Source of the DNA: a virus
Lineage: Duplodnaviria > Heunggongvirae > Uroviricota > Caudoviricetes
IMG/VR virus record: IMGVR_UViG_2795385681_000001
Location: 1 to 64,000 of that record
Strand: one strand, 5' to 3'
Length of the DNA stretch: 64,000 bases
The position numbers and the translations under genes were made by a program. Shown here in pieces: positions 1 through 8,692 of the stretch (position 1 is its first letter; each line of letters opens with the position of its first letter). The notes beneath the pieces were generated by a model. That model searched no databases. It had not been told where the DNA came from and saw nothing but the letters and a program-made list of their open reading frames with translations.

Positions 1-225
1 ATGACATTCAACCTATGCCACGAGTGCGCTACCGCAATCGTCAACGACGACTACTCAAGTTATGACGTTGACGAGGAACGCATACGTCAGTTCTTGGACT
101 CACTGGATAGCTACCTATGTGTGGAGACCGAAGAGTCAGAGCAGGGCAACGGCGGGTACTGGGATTGCGACGCATGCGAACAAGTGCAGATCGGCCCCGG
201 TCACAACGCAACGGAATGTGACTGA
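1..225 (+). CDS. hypothetical Cys-rich small protein; may begin upstream of the window
   Basis: ORF in frame from position 1 with CxxC and CxxC pairs; first gene of a tightly coupled early block. Confidence 0.4.
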   Translation: MTFNLCHECATAIVNDDYSSYDVDEERIRQFLDSLDSYLCVETEESEQGNGGYWDCDACEQVQIGPGHNATECD

Positions 226-226
226 C

Positions 227-349
227 ATGGACTTGTTCATAGCAGCGTTTGTACTTGCCTATCCCCTAGCCCTAATGGGCACATTGGGGGTTGAGAGTTT
301 CTTGCGGGCAATCGATATCCACTGGCATATCAGTGACTACATGGAATAG
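227..349 (+). CDS. hypothetical small hydrophobic protein (41 aa)
   Basis: ATG 2 nt after the upstream stop, in frame with listed ORF 62..349; hydrophobic. Confidence 0.3.
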   Translation: MDLFIAAFVLAYPLALMGTLGVESFLRAIDIHWHISDYME

Positions 350-427
350 GCAGGATGGACAACGGGATTTTTCACGGCCCGTTGTCCGTCTGGTGTATTT
401 CACCAACACACGGAAGGGACAAGACAC
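350..427 (+). promoter_or_regulatory. conserved early intergenic cassette, copy 1 (hairpin, CTGGTGTATT-CACCAACACACGGAAGGGA, then ATG)
   Basis: GC hairpin ggacaacggg..cccgttgtcc followed by the shared motif and the RBS GGAAGGGA, 8 nt before ATG 428. Confidence 0.6.
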
Positions 428-588
428 ATGCCAAGCGTACCGAGAGAGATAACCAAGAAGTATGGAGTCTATTTCAGCTACTGGGGTAGCGATGAAACAT
501 TTCCAGTAACGGATTGGCAAGAAGACGTTTCCAATGACGACACCAGGCTTGGCTACTGGGATTGGGTAGCGGAGAAAATGCAAGGTTG
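428..588 (+). CDS. hypothetical protein (53 aa, below the ORF-track cutoff)
   Basis: ATG immediately after the conserved cassette and RBS; open to TGA at 586-588. Confidence 0.45.
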
Positions 589-589
589 A

Positions 590-669
590 ACCCATTGCGT
601 CGCACCTAACTCGTTTAGGTGCGTGCGTTGTGTGCTCAATGCATGCAAATACACGGAAGGGATAAGGAA
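590..669 (+). promoter_or_regulatory. conserved early intergenic cassette, copy 2
   Basis: gaacccattgcgt..hairpin..gcgttgtgtgctca..atacacggaagggata then ATG 670. Confidence 0.55.
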
Positions 670-828
670 ATGGACATCATTATTTGGACGGATGACGCGA
701 GTGTCAACGCCAAGGAGATAAACCAGGGTCTAACCAAGTACTGGGCGCGCTCAGTGCGCATCTACTTTAGGCCATCTGGTGAGCTACTGGACGAATACAT
801 CTTTACCGCTGGTGACGACGAGGATTAG
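670..828 (+). CDS. hypothetical protein (52 aa)
   Basis: Internal ATG of ORF 619..828 placed right after the conserved ACACGGAAGGGATA RBS motif. Confidence 0.45.
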   Translation: MDIIIWTDDASVNAKEINQGLTKYWARSVRIYFRPSGELLDEYIFTAGDDED

Positions 829-831
829 TGA

Positions 832-915
832 ACCCATTGCGTGACTCACAGAAGCAATTCTGTGGGTTGCGTTGTGTGCTCACGACACACAATCCACACA
901 CGGAAGGGATTAGAA
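832..915 (+). promoter_or_regulatory. conserved early intergenic cassette, copy 3
   Basis: gaacccattgcgt..hairpin..gcgttgtgtgctcacgacacacaatccacacacggaagggatt then ATG 916. Confidence 0.55.
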
Positions 916-1449
916 ATGGAGTTCACCGAAGTTTCCAATGAAGATGGTGTTGCCACGATCGTCATTAACGATCGGGGCGTAAGCGGTAAAGCCACGGTTT
1001 CGCTTTACGTTCATGTGCCCAGATATGACAACGACAACGAGTTTGTGACCCCTGCGGTTCACATTCGATTCCAGGGACGTGTAACGATCAACAACAAGGA
1101 CTACGACGCATGGCGGTGTAGTGCAGATTATGCGCCTGGACGCTGGGGTGATGCTGAACGCAAGGTATTGACCGACAAGGGGTTTAAGAAAGTCCTCTAC
1201 TCACCTAGTGCAGGTGGAACATTCCGCGAGCTCACAGATAGCGCGCGGAAGAAGCTAGAACAGCTCGCAGCCGTTGTAGCTGACAAGTACCTAACGACCG
1301 AAGCGTCTAAGGCGGCGATCGTTCGATCCGCTCAACACAAGGTGGTGGACGCCATCACCGAGAAAGAAAAGGCTGAGGCTGAGGTACTTGAGCGCATTGC
1401 CGAACTAGACAGCGCGCGTATATATCTCGCACAAATGGAACAACTCTAA
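916..1449 (+). CDS. hypothetical protein (177 aa)
   Basis: Start chosen at the ATG after the conserved RBS motif (MEFTEVSNEDG); ORF 841..1449. Confidence 0.6.
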   Translation: MEFTEVSNEDGVATIVINDRGVSGKATVSLYVHVPRYDNDNEFVTPAVHIRFQGRVTINNKDYDAWRCSADYAPGRWGDAERKVLTDKGFKKVLYSPSAGGTFRELTDSARKKLEQLAAVVADKYLTTEASKAAIVRSAQHKVVDAITEKEKAEAEVLERIAELDSARIYLAQMEQL

Positions 1450-1451
1450 GC

Positions 1452-1538
1452 GTATTGCTCGCTTCAGTCGGGCACGGTCTAACCGTGTCCGGTTGTGGCA
1501 ATCAATCACGAGATTGTCTACACACGGAAGGGATACGC
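1452..1538 (+). promoter_or_regulatory. conserved early intergenic cassette, copy 4
   Basis: hairpin gggcacggtctaaccgtgtcc then ctacacacggaagggatacgc then ATG 1539. Confidence 0.55.
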
Positions 1539-2123
1539 ATGTCGAAGAATCGGAAGTCTGACAGCCTCTCAGTCGATGAGATGGCCGACCGGCTCTTTTC
1601 AATCTGGCAGAGCGCGGCACCGTGGCAGCACGATGCGGGTACTAAGTGGTATGACGCTGCACGGCAGTGGGTTATTGAGGCTGCCGAACGTCACAACGTA
1701 AGCAATGAAGTGGTGGCCGGTGTTATCGCGGCCTACTCACCACAAACCCGATGGGTGGACAACCTGCGGGATGCTGAGTACCACCTAGCAGGTTCTCCCC
1801 TGCGCTCTGGCGTGATGGGGGCGAACGTTCGTCGCGCGGCTGCCGTTATTGAGCATGGATTAGAGGGACTAGGCAACGGGCCTAAGGTTAAAGCGTTCGC
1901 GCACAACATCCTTGGAGATACTGACGCTGTCACAGTAGATGTATGGGCAGCACGTGCAGCGTTCGGAACCATGGACAAAGCCATTGCCGCACAAACGATT
2001 GCGTGGGTTGGCGCCTATGACAAGGTGGCTGACGCATACCGCAAGGCAGCTGCCGCTGCTGGTGTTCCTGCCTCGGTAATGCAGGCAACCGTATGGGTAG
2101 CCATTAGAGGCAAAGCCGAATAG
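1539..2123 (+). CDS. hypothetical protein (194 aa)
   Basis: ATG after the conserved RBS (MSKNRKSD); ORF 1455..2123. Confidence 0.6.
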   Translation: MSKNRKSDSLSVDEMADRLFSIWQSAAPWQHDAGTKWYDAARQWVIEAAERHNVSNEVVAGVIAAYSPQTRWVDNLRDAEYHLAGSPLRSGVMGANVRRAAAVIEHGLEGLGNGPKVKAFAHNILGDTDAVTVDVWAARAAFGTMDKAIAAQTIAWVGAYDKVADAYRKAAAAAGVPASVMQATVWVAIRGKAE

Positions 2124-2125
2124 TT

Positions 2126-2253
2126 CTAGATAGGCAAAGTGGGTCACGGGTATTCCCGTGGCCCGCTTGGTGTATCTAGCACCAAAACACATCCTGACCA
2201 GCATCAATTGGGTAAGTGGTCGGATGGTTTCACCACACGGAAGGGATACCAAA
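2126..2253 (+). promoter_or_regulatory. conserved early intergenic cassette, copy 5 (extended)
   Basis: ataggcaaagtg + hairpin gggtcacgggtattcccgtggccc + cttggtgtatctagcaccaaaaca ... caccacacggaagggatacc then ATG 2254. Confidence 0.55.
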
Positions 2254-2676
2254 ATGTCAACACGTTCAATCCTCATGATTGCCACCGATACCGGAGACGC
2301 TGGTGTCTACGTACACAGTGATGGCTACCCGGACGGGGACTATGGCCGCTTGGCTGTATACAGCAAGATCATCGAACGCGATGGGGTGGATAAGTTCCGC
2401 GCCACTATCCTGGCCGGTGCCGAATTCGGCGGCTGGTCATCGATTTTCGGAGAAGACAACCCGAACAACCACCTTGGCACTGACCGGGCTAAGTCTGTAC
2501 CAGGTTACGGCGTGCGCTATCTCGACGCCGATAGCTACTTGATTCGCCCTGGCGATGATCTGTACGACTCTGGCGCTGAGTATATCTACCACGTTGCCAA
2601 GGACGGCACCATCACGTGGGCCGAGGTCAACAGCCGCGCATACAGCGCACTCACATGGAACCGATTCTCAGCCTGA
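2254..2676 (+). CDS. hypothetical protein (140 aa)
   Basis: ATG after the conserved RBS (MSTRSILMIATD); ORF 2158..2676. Confidence 0.6.
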   Translation: MSTRSILMIATDTGDAGVYVHSDGYPDGDYGRLAVYSKIIERDGVDKFRATILAGAEFGGWSSIFGEDNPNNHLGTDRAKSVPGYGVRYLDADSYLIRPGDDLYDSGAEYIYHVAKDGTITWAEVNSRAYSALTWNRFSA

Positions 2677-2678
2677 AT

Positions 2679-2752
2679 AGGCAAGGTGCGCAGCGGGTCA
2701 ACCCGTTGTGCGCCTGGTGTATTCAGCACCAACACACACGGAAGGGATACTA
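2679..2752 (+). promoter_or_regulatory. conserved early intergenic cassette, copy 6
   Basis: aataggcaaggtg + hairpin gcgcagcgggtcaacccgttgtgcgc + ctggtgtattcagcaccaacacacacggaagggatac then ATG 2753. Confidence 0.6.
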
Positions 2753-3517
2753 ATGGACGACAACAAGCGCGCCAAGATCACTGAGAAAGTGGCCAAGCTG
2801 CTCCGTCAGGCTGAGGATGTCGCGGGTACGCCCGAAGAGGGTGTGTTTCAAGCTCGCGCGTTCGAGATTGTGGCCAAGTACGGGCTAGACATGGCTCAAA
2901 TCCACGCGCGCAAAGAAGGTTTGGATATCTCAGACCTACCAGGCGCGGTCGAATGGTCACTATTCGTGCGTGGCAAGTACCAGTCAGCACAAGCCTTGTT
3001 GCTACATGGCATGGCTCGTGCCCTGCATTGCCGCACCGTCTACTCAAACAGTGGCGGTACCTACCACGTCTGGGTGTACGGCGTGCCTCACCATATCGAG
3101 CGTCTCCAGTTCCTATGGGAGATGTTGCGACCGCAGATGGTTCGACTTGTTGAGGCTGTACGGCCATCGTCGGAGTACCAGCGTATTCACGAGCGGTACG
3201 ACTGGGCCACTGACACTTTCACTACCAAGGTGGTGAAAGACGCTGGTCGGCTCAAGACCTACCGGCGTTCATGGCTTGCGGGTTATGCGCAGACCATTGA
3301 GTCGCGCATTTGTGAGCAGGAAACGATCGCCATCGAGTCAGTCGGTGGTGCTGCCATCGTGCTCTATCGGGGTGACGAACAGCGTGCCGAATTGGCAATG
3401 CAGGACGCTCACCCCCGCGCGCGGCAAGCCAAGACACGCACACGGTTTGACCGTGACGGCTACAGCCATGGTCAGCGTGACGGCAGTCAGGCTGAGTTTG
3501 CGCGAGCGATTGGCTGA
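2753..3517 (+). CDS. hypothetical protein with DUF2786-like N-terminal helical domain (254 aa)
   Basis: N-terminus KRAKITEKVAKLLRQAEDVAGTPEEGVFQARAFEIVAKYGLD resembles DUF2786; start after the conserved RBS. Confidence 0.55.
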   Translation: MDDNKRAKITEKVAKLLRQAEDVAGTPEEGVFQARAFEIVAKYGLDMAQIHARKEGLDISDLPGAVEWSLFVRGKYQSAQALLLHGMARALHCRTVYSNSGGTYHVWVYGVPHHIERLQFLWEMLRPQMVRLVEAVRPSSEYQRIHERYDWATDTFTTKVVKDAGRLKTYRRSWLAGYAQTIESRICEQETIAIESVGGAAIVLYRGDEQRAELAMQDAHPRARQAKTRTRFDRDGYSHGQRDGSQAEFARAIG

Positions 3518-3587
3518 GTCATGGATGCCGGATGGATTGTCGCCTGGATTGTCTGCGCGGCCATCTTCATAGCTCAATGCAAACCGT

Positions 3588-3675
3588 CTAAGTAGGGAAG
3601 GTGGGACGCGAAGGGGTACAAGCCTTTTCGTGTCCCGCCTGCTGTATTTAGACAGCACACACGGAAGGGATACCA
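3588..3675 (+). promoter_or_regulatory. conserved early intergenic cassette, copy 7
   Basis: agtagggaaggtg + hairpin gggacgcgaaggggtacaagccttttcgtgtccc + cctgctgtatttagacagcacacacggaagggatacc then ATG 3676. Confidence 0.6.
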
Positions 3676-3918
3676 ATGACAACCATCACGGCACGACCAC
3701 TGAATGTGATTGCGGACGAGATCAAAAGGGACTGGACTAAGCCCTATTTCGGCGCAGTCCCCTACCTGGACGCTATGGCAGCACTCGGCGACATCGACGA
3801 GCGCTATGGCTGTGACTCTGCTGAGTCCATCGTTCTGCACTTCCTGGCCAACTCTGGAACCTGGCGCGGTGAGGTAGCGCGGCGGATCAAGAGGGAGCTG
3901 AAAGACATTCTCGGCTGA
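3676..3918 (+). CDS. hypothetical protein (80 aa)
   Basis: ORF start coincides with the conserved RBS spacing. Confidence 0.55.
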   Translation: MTTITARPLNVIADEIKRDWTKPYFGAVPYLDAMAALGDIDERYGCDSAESIVLHFLANSGTWRGEVARRIKRELKDILG

Positions 3919-3919
3919 A

Positions 3920-3993
3920 TAGGGAGGGTGTGCGGCAGCTGCGCTGTCGTACGCCTGCTGTATTCAACGGCGATACACGGAAGGGATATCTAA
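3920..3993 (+). promoter_or_regulatory. conserved early intergenic cassette, copy 8
   Basis: aatagggagggtg + hairpin + cctgctgtattcaacggcgatacacggaagggatatc then ATG 3994. Confidence 0.6.
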
Positions 3994-4200
3994 ATGCATA
4001 CGTCTAGCATCCTCGGAACCGATGGAACCGGGGTTATGTGGCAGGGGCCTGGCAGGCTCAACCGAGCCGAGGCCTATAAAGAGGCCGAGCAGCACGCACT
4101 GTACTGGTTTGGCCGTAAGAGCGGTGATGTGTCGGTTGACGACGGCATAATTGTCCGCAACGGGGAGCATGTTGCAAACATCCTGGTAGAGAGGGTCTGA
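3994..4200 (+). CDS. hypothetical protein (68 aa)
   Basis: ORF directly after cassette copy 8. Confidence 0.55.
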   Translation: MHTSSILGTDGTGVMWQGPGRLNRAEAYKEAEQHALYWFGRKSGDVSVDDGIIVRNGEHVANILVERV

Positions 4201-4201
4201 G

Positions 4202-4474
4202 ATGGCTAAGACAACCAACGTTGTCCACCACAACGGGCAGACCTACACCCGAACGGGACGCCGATACTCACACCTGGTCATAGTCACGTCATCAGGGGCG
4301 CGACCCGTGATTCACTGGGCATCCACATTGGAGCTGGCAGAACGTAACGCCAGCCAGATTGCCGGGCGTCGTGACCGTGCTCGCAAGGGCACACTGCGCG
4401 GTGGGTGGGGAGTCGAATGGCACGCCGGTATCACCGACATCGATGTCGTGCCGGTTGAGCACGAATCTGAGTAG
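4202..4474 (+). CDS. hypothetical protein (90 aa)
   Basis: ORF starting 1 nt after the upstream stop (GAGATGG); translationally coupled. Confidence 0.5.
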   Translation: MAKTTNVVHHNGQTYTRTGRRYSHLVIVTSSGARPVIHWASTLELAERNASQIAGRRDRARKGTLRGGWGVEWHAGITDIDVVPVEHESE

Positions 4475-4476
4475 GC

Positions 4477-4545
4477 AGGATGGGACGCGAGTGTTCCTCG
4501 CGGCCCGTCTGGTGTGCTCAGCACCAACACGAGAAGGGATACAAC
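4477..4545 (+). promoter_or_regulatory. conserved early intergenic cassette, copy 9
   Basis: agtaggcaggatg + hairpin gggacgcgagtgttcctcgcggccc + gtctggtgtgctcagcaccaacacgagaagggatac then ATG 4546. Confidence 0.6.
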
Positions 4546-4776
4546 ATGGCACGAATCTGTTACCACACCAACGAGTCTTACTTCAGCCGCGACCACCAGG
4601 GTTACTCGGTTGCAAAGATCACCGAGAACGTGGCGGGGTATGAACCACTACCTGGCCACCACCGGCAGCTCAGTGACGCAGTGGCTATCGCTGACGGGCT
4701 GAACAAGGAGCAGGGCCTCACCCAGGATGACGTCTCGTACATTGTGGCCAGCTCAATGCGATTGGGCACGCTCTAG
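4546..4776 (+). CDS. hypothetical protein (76 aa)
   Basis: ATG after the conserved RBS (MARICYHTNES); ORF 4480..4776. Confidence 0.5.
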   Translation: MARICYHTNESYFSRDHQGYSVAKITENVAGYEPLPGHHRQLSDAVAIADGLNKEQGLTQDDVSYIVASSMRLGTL

Positions 4777-4906
4777 TGGACGCGCAACGGCTACGTTTAG
4801 CCAAGTTGTCCGACGAATACCGGACCACAATGGATGGTGAGGTACTCCACTCGTGGGCTAAGGATGTAGTCCGGCTGATCAGGGAGAGCGACGAGGGGTC
4901 GCAATG
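4776..4906 (+). CDS. possible small coupled ORF (GTG start, ~43 aa)
   Basis: GTG overlaps the upstream TAG; stop overlaps the next ATG (ATGA). Confidence 0.25.
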
Positions 4907-5122
4907 ATTCTCGCGGCCATCCTCATTGCAGGAGGCGTATCACTCACTCCCCCAACAGTTCCCGACTGCGCACGATTCGACGTGTGCAAGTACCAGCCAG
5001 GATACAACGGGCCCCTCATGCCCACCTGGAATACTCCGGGCACGTATGGGGGCTGGACCACCAATCCAGTCTTGTGTGACCCGGTCACGTACCAGTGTCA
5101 GCAAGTAGTACCAGGAAACTAG
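4904..5122 (+). CDS. small secreted or membrane Cys-rich protein (72 aa)
   Basis: N-terminal hydrophobic segment MILAAILIAGGVSL then six Cys. Confidence 0.45.
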   Translation: MILAAILIAGGVSLTPPTVPDCARFDVCKYQPGYNGPLMPTWNTPGTYGGWTTNPVLCDPVTYQCQQVVPGN

Positions 5123-5134
5123 AAAGGGGATCAC

Positions 5135-5326
5135 ATGGTTGAAGTATTGGCAGAAGATCAGCGCAGAGGGTGGCGACTCAAGCTTGCCGCAGTCCCACGG
5201 GTTGCCGATAGGGTACGGATTGAAGGTAAAGACGCGGAGGTGAAGAGTGTCGTTTGGATACCTCAGCCGTACGAGTTCGCTGCAGTAGTGCAGGTCAAAC
5301 TGCCGGTAGAGGGCAGGATGCTGTGA
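5135..5326 (+). CDS. hypothetical protein (63 aa)
   Basis: Good RBS aaagggga 6 nt upstream of the ATG. Confidence 0.5.
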   Translation: MVEVLAEDQRRGWRLKLAAVPRVADRVRIEGKDAEVKSVVWIPQPYEFAAVVQVKLPVEGRML

Positions 5327-5541
5327 GCACTGAGCAATACCGCATCATTCTAAAGATGGAGGACGGGTACAGCAATGAGGTAGTGGGAGAAGATCTTCCG
5401 CAGCTCATCACCACCACCAACGCGCTAGCAGCAGAACATGGTGGAGGGGATGCCCACGACTATCTCGACGAGAACGGATCCATCATCTACACCAACAACG
5501 GTCAGGCGACCGGACGGGCTGACGTAACGCCAGTCATCTAA
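5323..5541 (+). CDS. hypothetical protein (72 aa, GTG start overlapping the upstream stop)
   Basis: GTGA overlap with the upstream stop; in frame with ORF 5254..5541. Confidence 0.4.
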   Translation: MSTEQYRIILKMEDGYSNEVVGEDLPQLITTTNALAAEHGGGDAHDYLDENGSIIYTNNGQATGRADVTPVI

Positions 5542-5559
5542 CACATCTGAATATGGAGG

Positions 5560-5600
5560 AGCCGCAGCGGGAGTAATTCCGTTGCGGCTCTGCTGTTTTC
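5560..5600 (+). terminator. rho-independent terminator (first of a tandem pair)
   Basis: gccgcagcgg-gagtaattc-cgttgcggc hairpin followed by tctgctgtttt. Confidence 0.65.
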
Positions 5601-5606
5601 AGCGCA

Positions 5607-5650
5607 AGGGCATGGGACTCGCGAACCCGTGCCCTTTTTCTATGCCCATA
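5607..5650 (+). terminator. rho-independent terminator (second of the tandem pair)
   Basis: gggcatggg-actcgcgaa-cccgtgccc hairpin followed by tttttc. Confidence 0.6.
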
Positions 5651-5662
5651 GGAAGGGACTAC

Positions 5663-6130
5663 ATGTTATTGGAAGGCTGGACATCAACACCTGTTGAACA
5701 CGAACGACTCACTCGCACCGAGGTAGTCGAGCATGAGCGCTATTGGTCCAAGATGGTCCTGAAGGCGCGCAACCTCCGCCGCAAATATGACCGCGCGGTA
5801 TGGCTCAGTGACGCAAATCGGGCTGAGAGCCTCGCAGAGGCACTGAGATCACTTGGGCCCTCTATGTTGTACGCCCACGGTCGTTGGGAGCGCCACGGGC
5901 GCTGGAACCGCTACTACCAAGTGCGTGGCGGCGCTGTGCACACCACACTCACGTGCCGATGCATCAATGGGGACACAGTATTGAACCCGCTCCCCCAATT
6001 CGCCGGTCGGTCAAGGAAGTTCATCGCAGATCGGTACAAGCTGTGCCGCCACTGTGGAGATAGCAACACGGGTGACATCCCCAGCGACCGCGCATATCGG
6101 TCATTCAAGGTCTACCTACTGATGGCCTAA
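5663..6130 (+). CDS. hypothetical protein (155 aa)
   Basis: ATG after ataggaagggactac, an RBS resembling the conserved one; ORF 5582..6130. Confidence 0.5.
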   Translation: MLLEGWTSTPVEHERLTRTEVVEHERYWSKMVLKARNLRRKYDRAVWLSDANRAESLAEALRSLGPSMLYAHGRWERHGRWNRYYQVRGGAVHTTLTCRCINGDTVLNPLPQFAGRSRKFIADRYKLCRHCGDSNTGDIPSDRAYRSFKVYLLMA

Positions 6131-6131
6131 A

Positions 6132-6199
6132 ACACGCCTTGCCCTGCATTAAGTGGGTCGGGTTTACGTTCTAAATACACGACGGAAGGGATACCCAAA
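6132..6199 (+). promoter_or_regulatory. conserved early intergenic cassette, copy 10 (partial)
   Basis: gggtcgggtttacgttctaaatacacgacggaagggataccc then ATG 6200. Confidence 0.45.
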
Positions 6200-6280
6200 A
6201 TGTTCGACGAGGAAGAGATCGACTACGGCCCCGAATGGTGGGGTGACTACCTCCAGGAGTCAGGGAGGTTGGCTCAGTGA
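6200..6280 (+). CDS. possible leader mini-ORF (26 aa)
   Basis: ATG at the conserved RBS distance; stop overlaps the GTG of the next gene. Confidence 0.25.
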   Translation: MFDEEEIDYGPEWWGDYLQESGRLAQ

Positions 6281-6474
6281 AGTGCTCAGTAAGTTACTGC
6301 TGGGAAAAGTCGGTTGCTAGGGAGATGTGCAGCCACCACTACAACCAGAACTATCCGAGGCGAGACACTCGACTCAACCGCAGGAATCGCGCTGCGCTGG
6401 CAAAACGTCTGGAGTCCAAGGGATTCAGTGTCTCCGATGAGTACCTGGACCAACGGTTGGCGGGGTTGCGATGA
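6277..6474 (+). CDS. hypothetical Cys/His-rich protein (65 aa, zinc-binding-like)
   Basis: CSVSYCWEK..CSHHYNQ pattern; GTG start. Confidence 0.4.
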   Translation: MKCSVSYCWEKSVAREMCSHHYNQNYPRRDTRLNRRNRAALAKRLESKGFSVSDEYLDQRLAGLR

Positions 6475-6746
6475 CCATGGTTGTCACCCGCGACGTTCAC
6501 TACCAGTACTTAATGGGCAAGCGCACACTCACCCCCGGGGTTGAGGTGTCCATCAAGGGCAAGACTGGCCGGTATCGGTTCCAGTACTGGCGACGTACCA
6601 GTGCTGGCATGGATGAACTCACGTTTGTTGGTGGGCCGCTCCATGGCCAGGGTGAGCGATACGTTTCGGTCTACCCTGCGCGGATTACTCGGGTGCATCG
6701 AATCAATAAGACGCTCACCAATATTCAGAGGGAGAAGCGCAAGTGA
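6471..6746 (+). CDS. hypothetical protein (91 aa)
   Basis: ATGA overlap with the upstream gene. Confidence 0.5.
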   Translation: MTMVVTRDVHYQYLMGKRTLTPGVEVSIKGKTGRYRFQYWRRTSAGMDELTFVGGPLHGQGERYVSVYPARITRVHRINKTLTNIQREKRK

Positions 6747-6916
6747 GCGCCACACTGAGGCAGGCACGCCAGTTGCGACAAGGCGATTACCTGCCTGAGT
6801 ACGTCGACACCGTGGATGAGGTGCTGCGGCTGGAGGACTTCGTTGCAGTGACGCTTACGGACTGCGGCACAGTCAAGGTTCTGCACGAGCTTGACGAGGT
6901 GGAGGTGTGGGAATGA
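6743..6916 (+). CDS. hypothetical protein (57 aa, GTG start)
   Basis: GTGA overlap upstream and ATGA overlap downstream; acidic protein. Confidence 0.35.
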   Translation: MSATLRQARQLRQGDYLPEYVDTVDEVLRLEDFVAVTLTDCGTVKVLHELDEVEVWE

Positions 6917-7107
6917 TCCACTGCCCAACCCCCCATAAGGAGGTGTATGCCAACAGGGGCGTGGCGCTAAAAGCAATGAAGGACATACGTAAACGATGCA
7001 AGGCACCGCATTCAAACAGGCGGTACATCCCACTAGAGCCGTACCCCTGCCGGTGCGGTGAATACCATCTGTGCACTGCGGACAAGGCGAAGTTCAGAAG
7101 GAAGTAG
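6913..7107 (+). CDS. hypothetical zinc-ribbon-like protein (64 aa)
   Basis: CPTPH..CKAPH..CRCGEYH motifs. Confidence 0.45.
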   Translation: MIHCPTPHKEVYANRGVALKAMKDIRKRCKAPHSNRRYIPLEPYPCRCGEYHLCTADKAKFRRK

Positions 7108-7111
7108 AGAA

Positions 7112-7146
7112 GAGGGTCAGCCCATAAGGGTTGGCCCTTTTCTTTC
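7112..7146 (+). terminator. rho-independent terminator ending the early arm
   Basis: agggtcagccc-ataa-gggttggccct followed by a T-rich tail. Confidence 0.6.
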
Positions 7147-7217
7147 GCCCGGATCGTTAGTCAATCTAATCAGCTACACACCCAATCATTCAGTCTCCTG
7201 CTGTATCATCTGTGACT

Positions 7218-8609
7218 ATGCGAGCTGCTGTCTACCTGCGCCAATCCATGGACCGTGATGGCGATGGGTTGGCTGTCGAACGGCAGCGTGAAGACTGTCT
7301 GAAGATCTGCACAGACCGAGGCTGGGAGCCCACCCAGTACATCGACAACGACACCAGCGCAAGCAGGGGGCGACGCCCTTCCTATGAGCGCATGCTCTCT
7401 GACATTCGTAGCGGCCATATAGATGCGGTAGTGGCGTGGGACCTCGATCGCCTACACCGGCAGCCCAAAGAGCTGGAGCAGTTCATCGAGCTGGCCGACG
7501 AGAAACGACTCTCTCTGGCGACCGTAGGTGGTGACGCTGACCTATCCACCGACAACGGGAGGCTATTCGCGCGTATTAAGGGCGCGGTGGCCAAGGCTGA
7601 GGTGGAACGTAAGTCAGCCAGGCAGAAGCGCGCCTTCCTTCAGATGGCCCAGTCCGGCAAGGGCTGGGGCCCTCGCGCCTTCGGGTATAACGGGGACCAT
7701 GAGAAGGCGAAGATCGTTCCCAAGGAAGCTGACGCACTGCGCAGTGGGTACAAGATGCTCATGTCCGGCGAGACGCTCTACTCCATCGCGAAGAGCTGGA
7801 ACGACGCCGGTCTGAAGACGCCCCGGGGCAACCTATTCACCGGCACCACAGTGCGCAGAATCCTCCAGAATCCACGCTATACAGCCACACGCACCTACCG
7901 CAATGAAACCGTGGGAGATGGCGACTGGCCAGCGATCGTTGATGAGACGACCTGGGAAGCCGCCCACTCCATCCTCAGCGATCCGTCTCGACACCAGCCA
8001 CGCCAGGTGCGTCGATACCTACTGGGTGGACTACTCACATGTAGCGAGTGCGGGAACAAGATGGCTGTGGGTGTGCAGCACAGAAAGAACGGGAACGTTC
8101 CTATCTATCGGTGCAAGCATGTCAGCTGTGGCCGAGTAACGCGCCGTGTTGAACGGATGGATGAGTGGGTGAAAGAGCTTGTCCTACGCAGGATGTCGAG
8201 CAGGCATTGGGTTCCCGGCAATCAGGACAACCGAGAGCTAGCCCTCGAGTTGCGCGAGGAGCTCGACGCTATCAAACACCGAATGGATTCTCTAGCAGTC
8301 GATTTTGCTGAAGGCGAGCTGACCTCCAGCCAGCTGCGCATCGCCAATGAGCGACTACAGGTGAAGCTGGATGAGGTAGAGAGCAAGCTGCGGCGCACCA
8401 ATGTGAAACCACTCCCCGATGGAATACTCACCGCGAATGACCGTGGCCGCTTCTATGACGAGATGTCACTCGATGCAAGACGGGCCCTCATTGAGGCGCT
8501 ATGCGACTCGATTGTGGTGCACCCCATCGGACTCAAGGGAATGCAGGCCACCCACGCTCCGCTCGGGCACAACATCGACGTCCACTGGCACAAGCCCAGT
8601 AATGGATGA
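7218..8609 (+). CDS. int: large serine recombinase (serine integrase)
   Basis: N-terminal resolvase domain AVYLRQSMD carrying the catalytic Ser; central recombinase and zinc-ribbon (CSECG..CKHVSCGR) regions; coiled-coil C-terminus. Confidence 0.85.
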   Translation: MRAAVYLRQSMDRDGDGLAVERQREDCLKICTDRGWEPTQYIDNDTSASRGRRPSYERMLSDIRSGHIDAVVAWDLDRLHRQPKELEQFIELADEKRLSLATVGGDADLSTDNGRLFARIKGAVAKAEVERKSARQKRAFLQMAQSGKGWGPRAFGYNGDHEKAKIVPKEADALRSGYKMLMSGETLYSIAKSWNDAGLKTPRGNLFTGTTVRRILQNPRYTATRTYRNETVGDGDWPAIVDETTWEAAHSILSDPSRHQPRQVRRYLLGGLLTCSECGNKMAVGVQHRKNGNVPIYRCKHVSCGRVTRRVERMDEWVKELVLRRMSSRHWVPGNQDNRELALELREELDAIKHRMDSLAVDFAEGELTSSQLRIANERLQVKLDEVESKLRRTNVKPLPDGILTANDRGRFYDEMSLDARRALIEALCDSIVVHPIGLKGMQATHAPLGHNIDVHWHKPSNG

Positions 8610-8692
8610 GATCCGCGACAACTGGGTCTGAGTGAGTGGTGGTGCGTCACTGAGGATTCGAGTGAAGATAGCTTCATCTTCATCTGACCACG

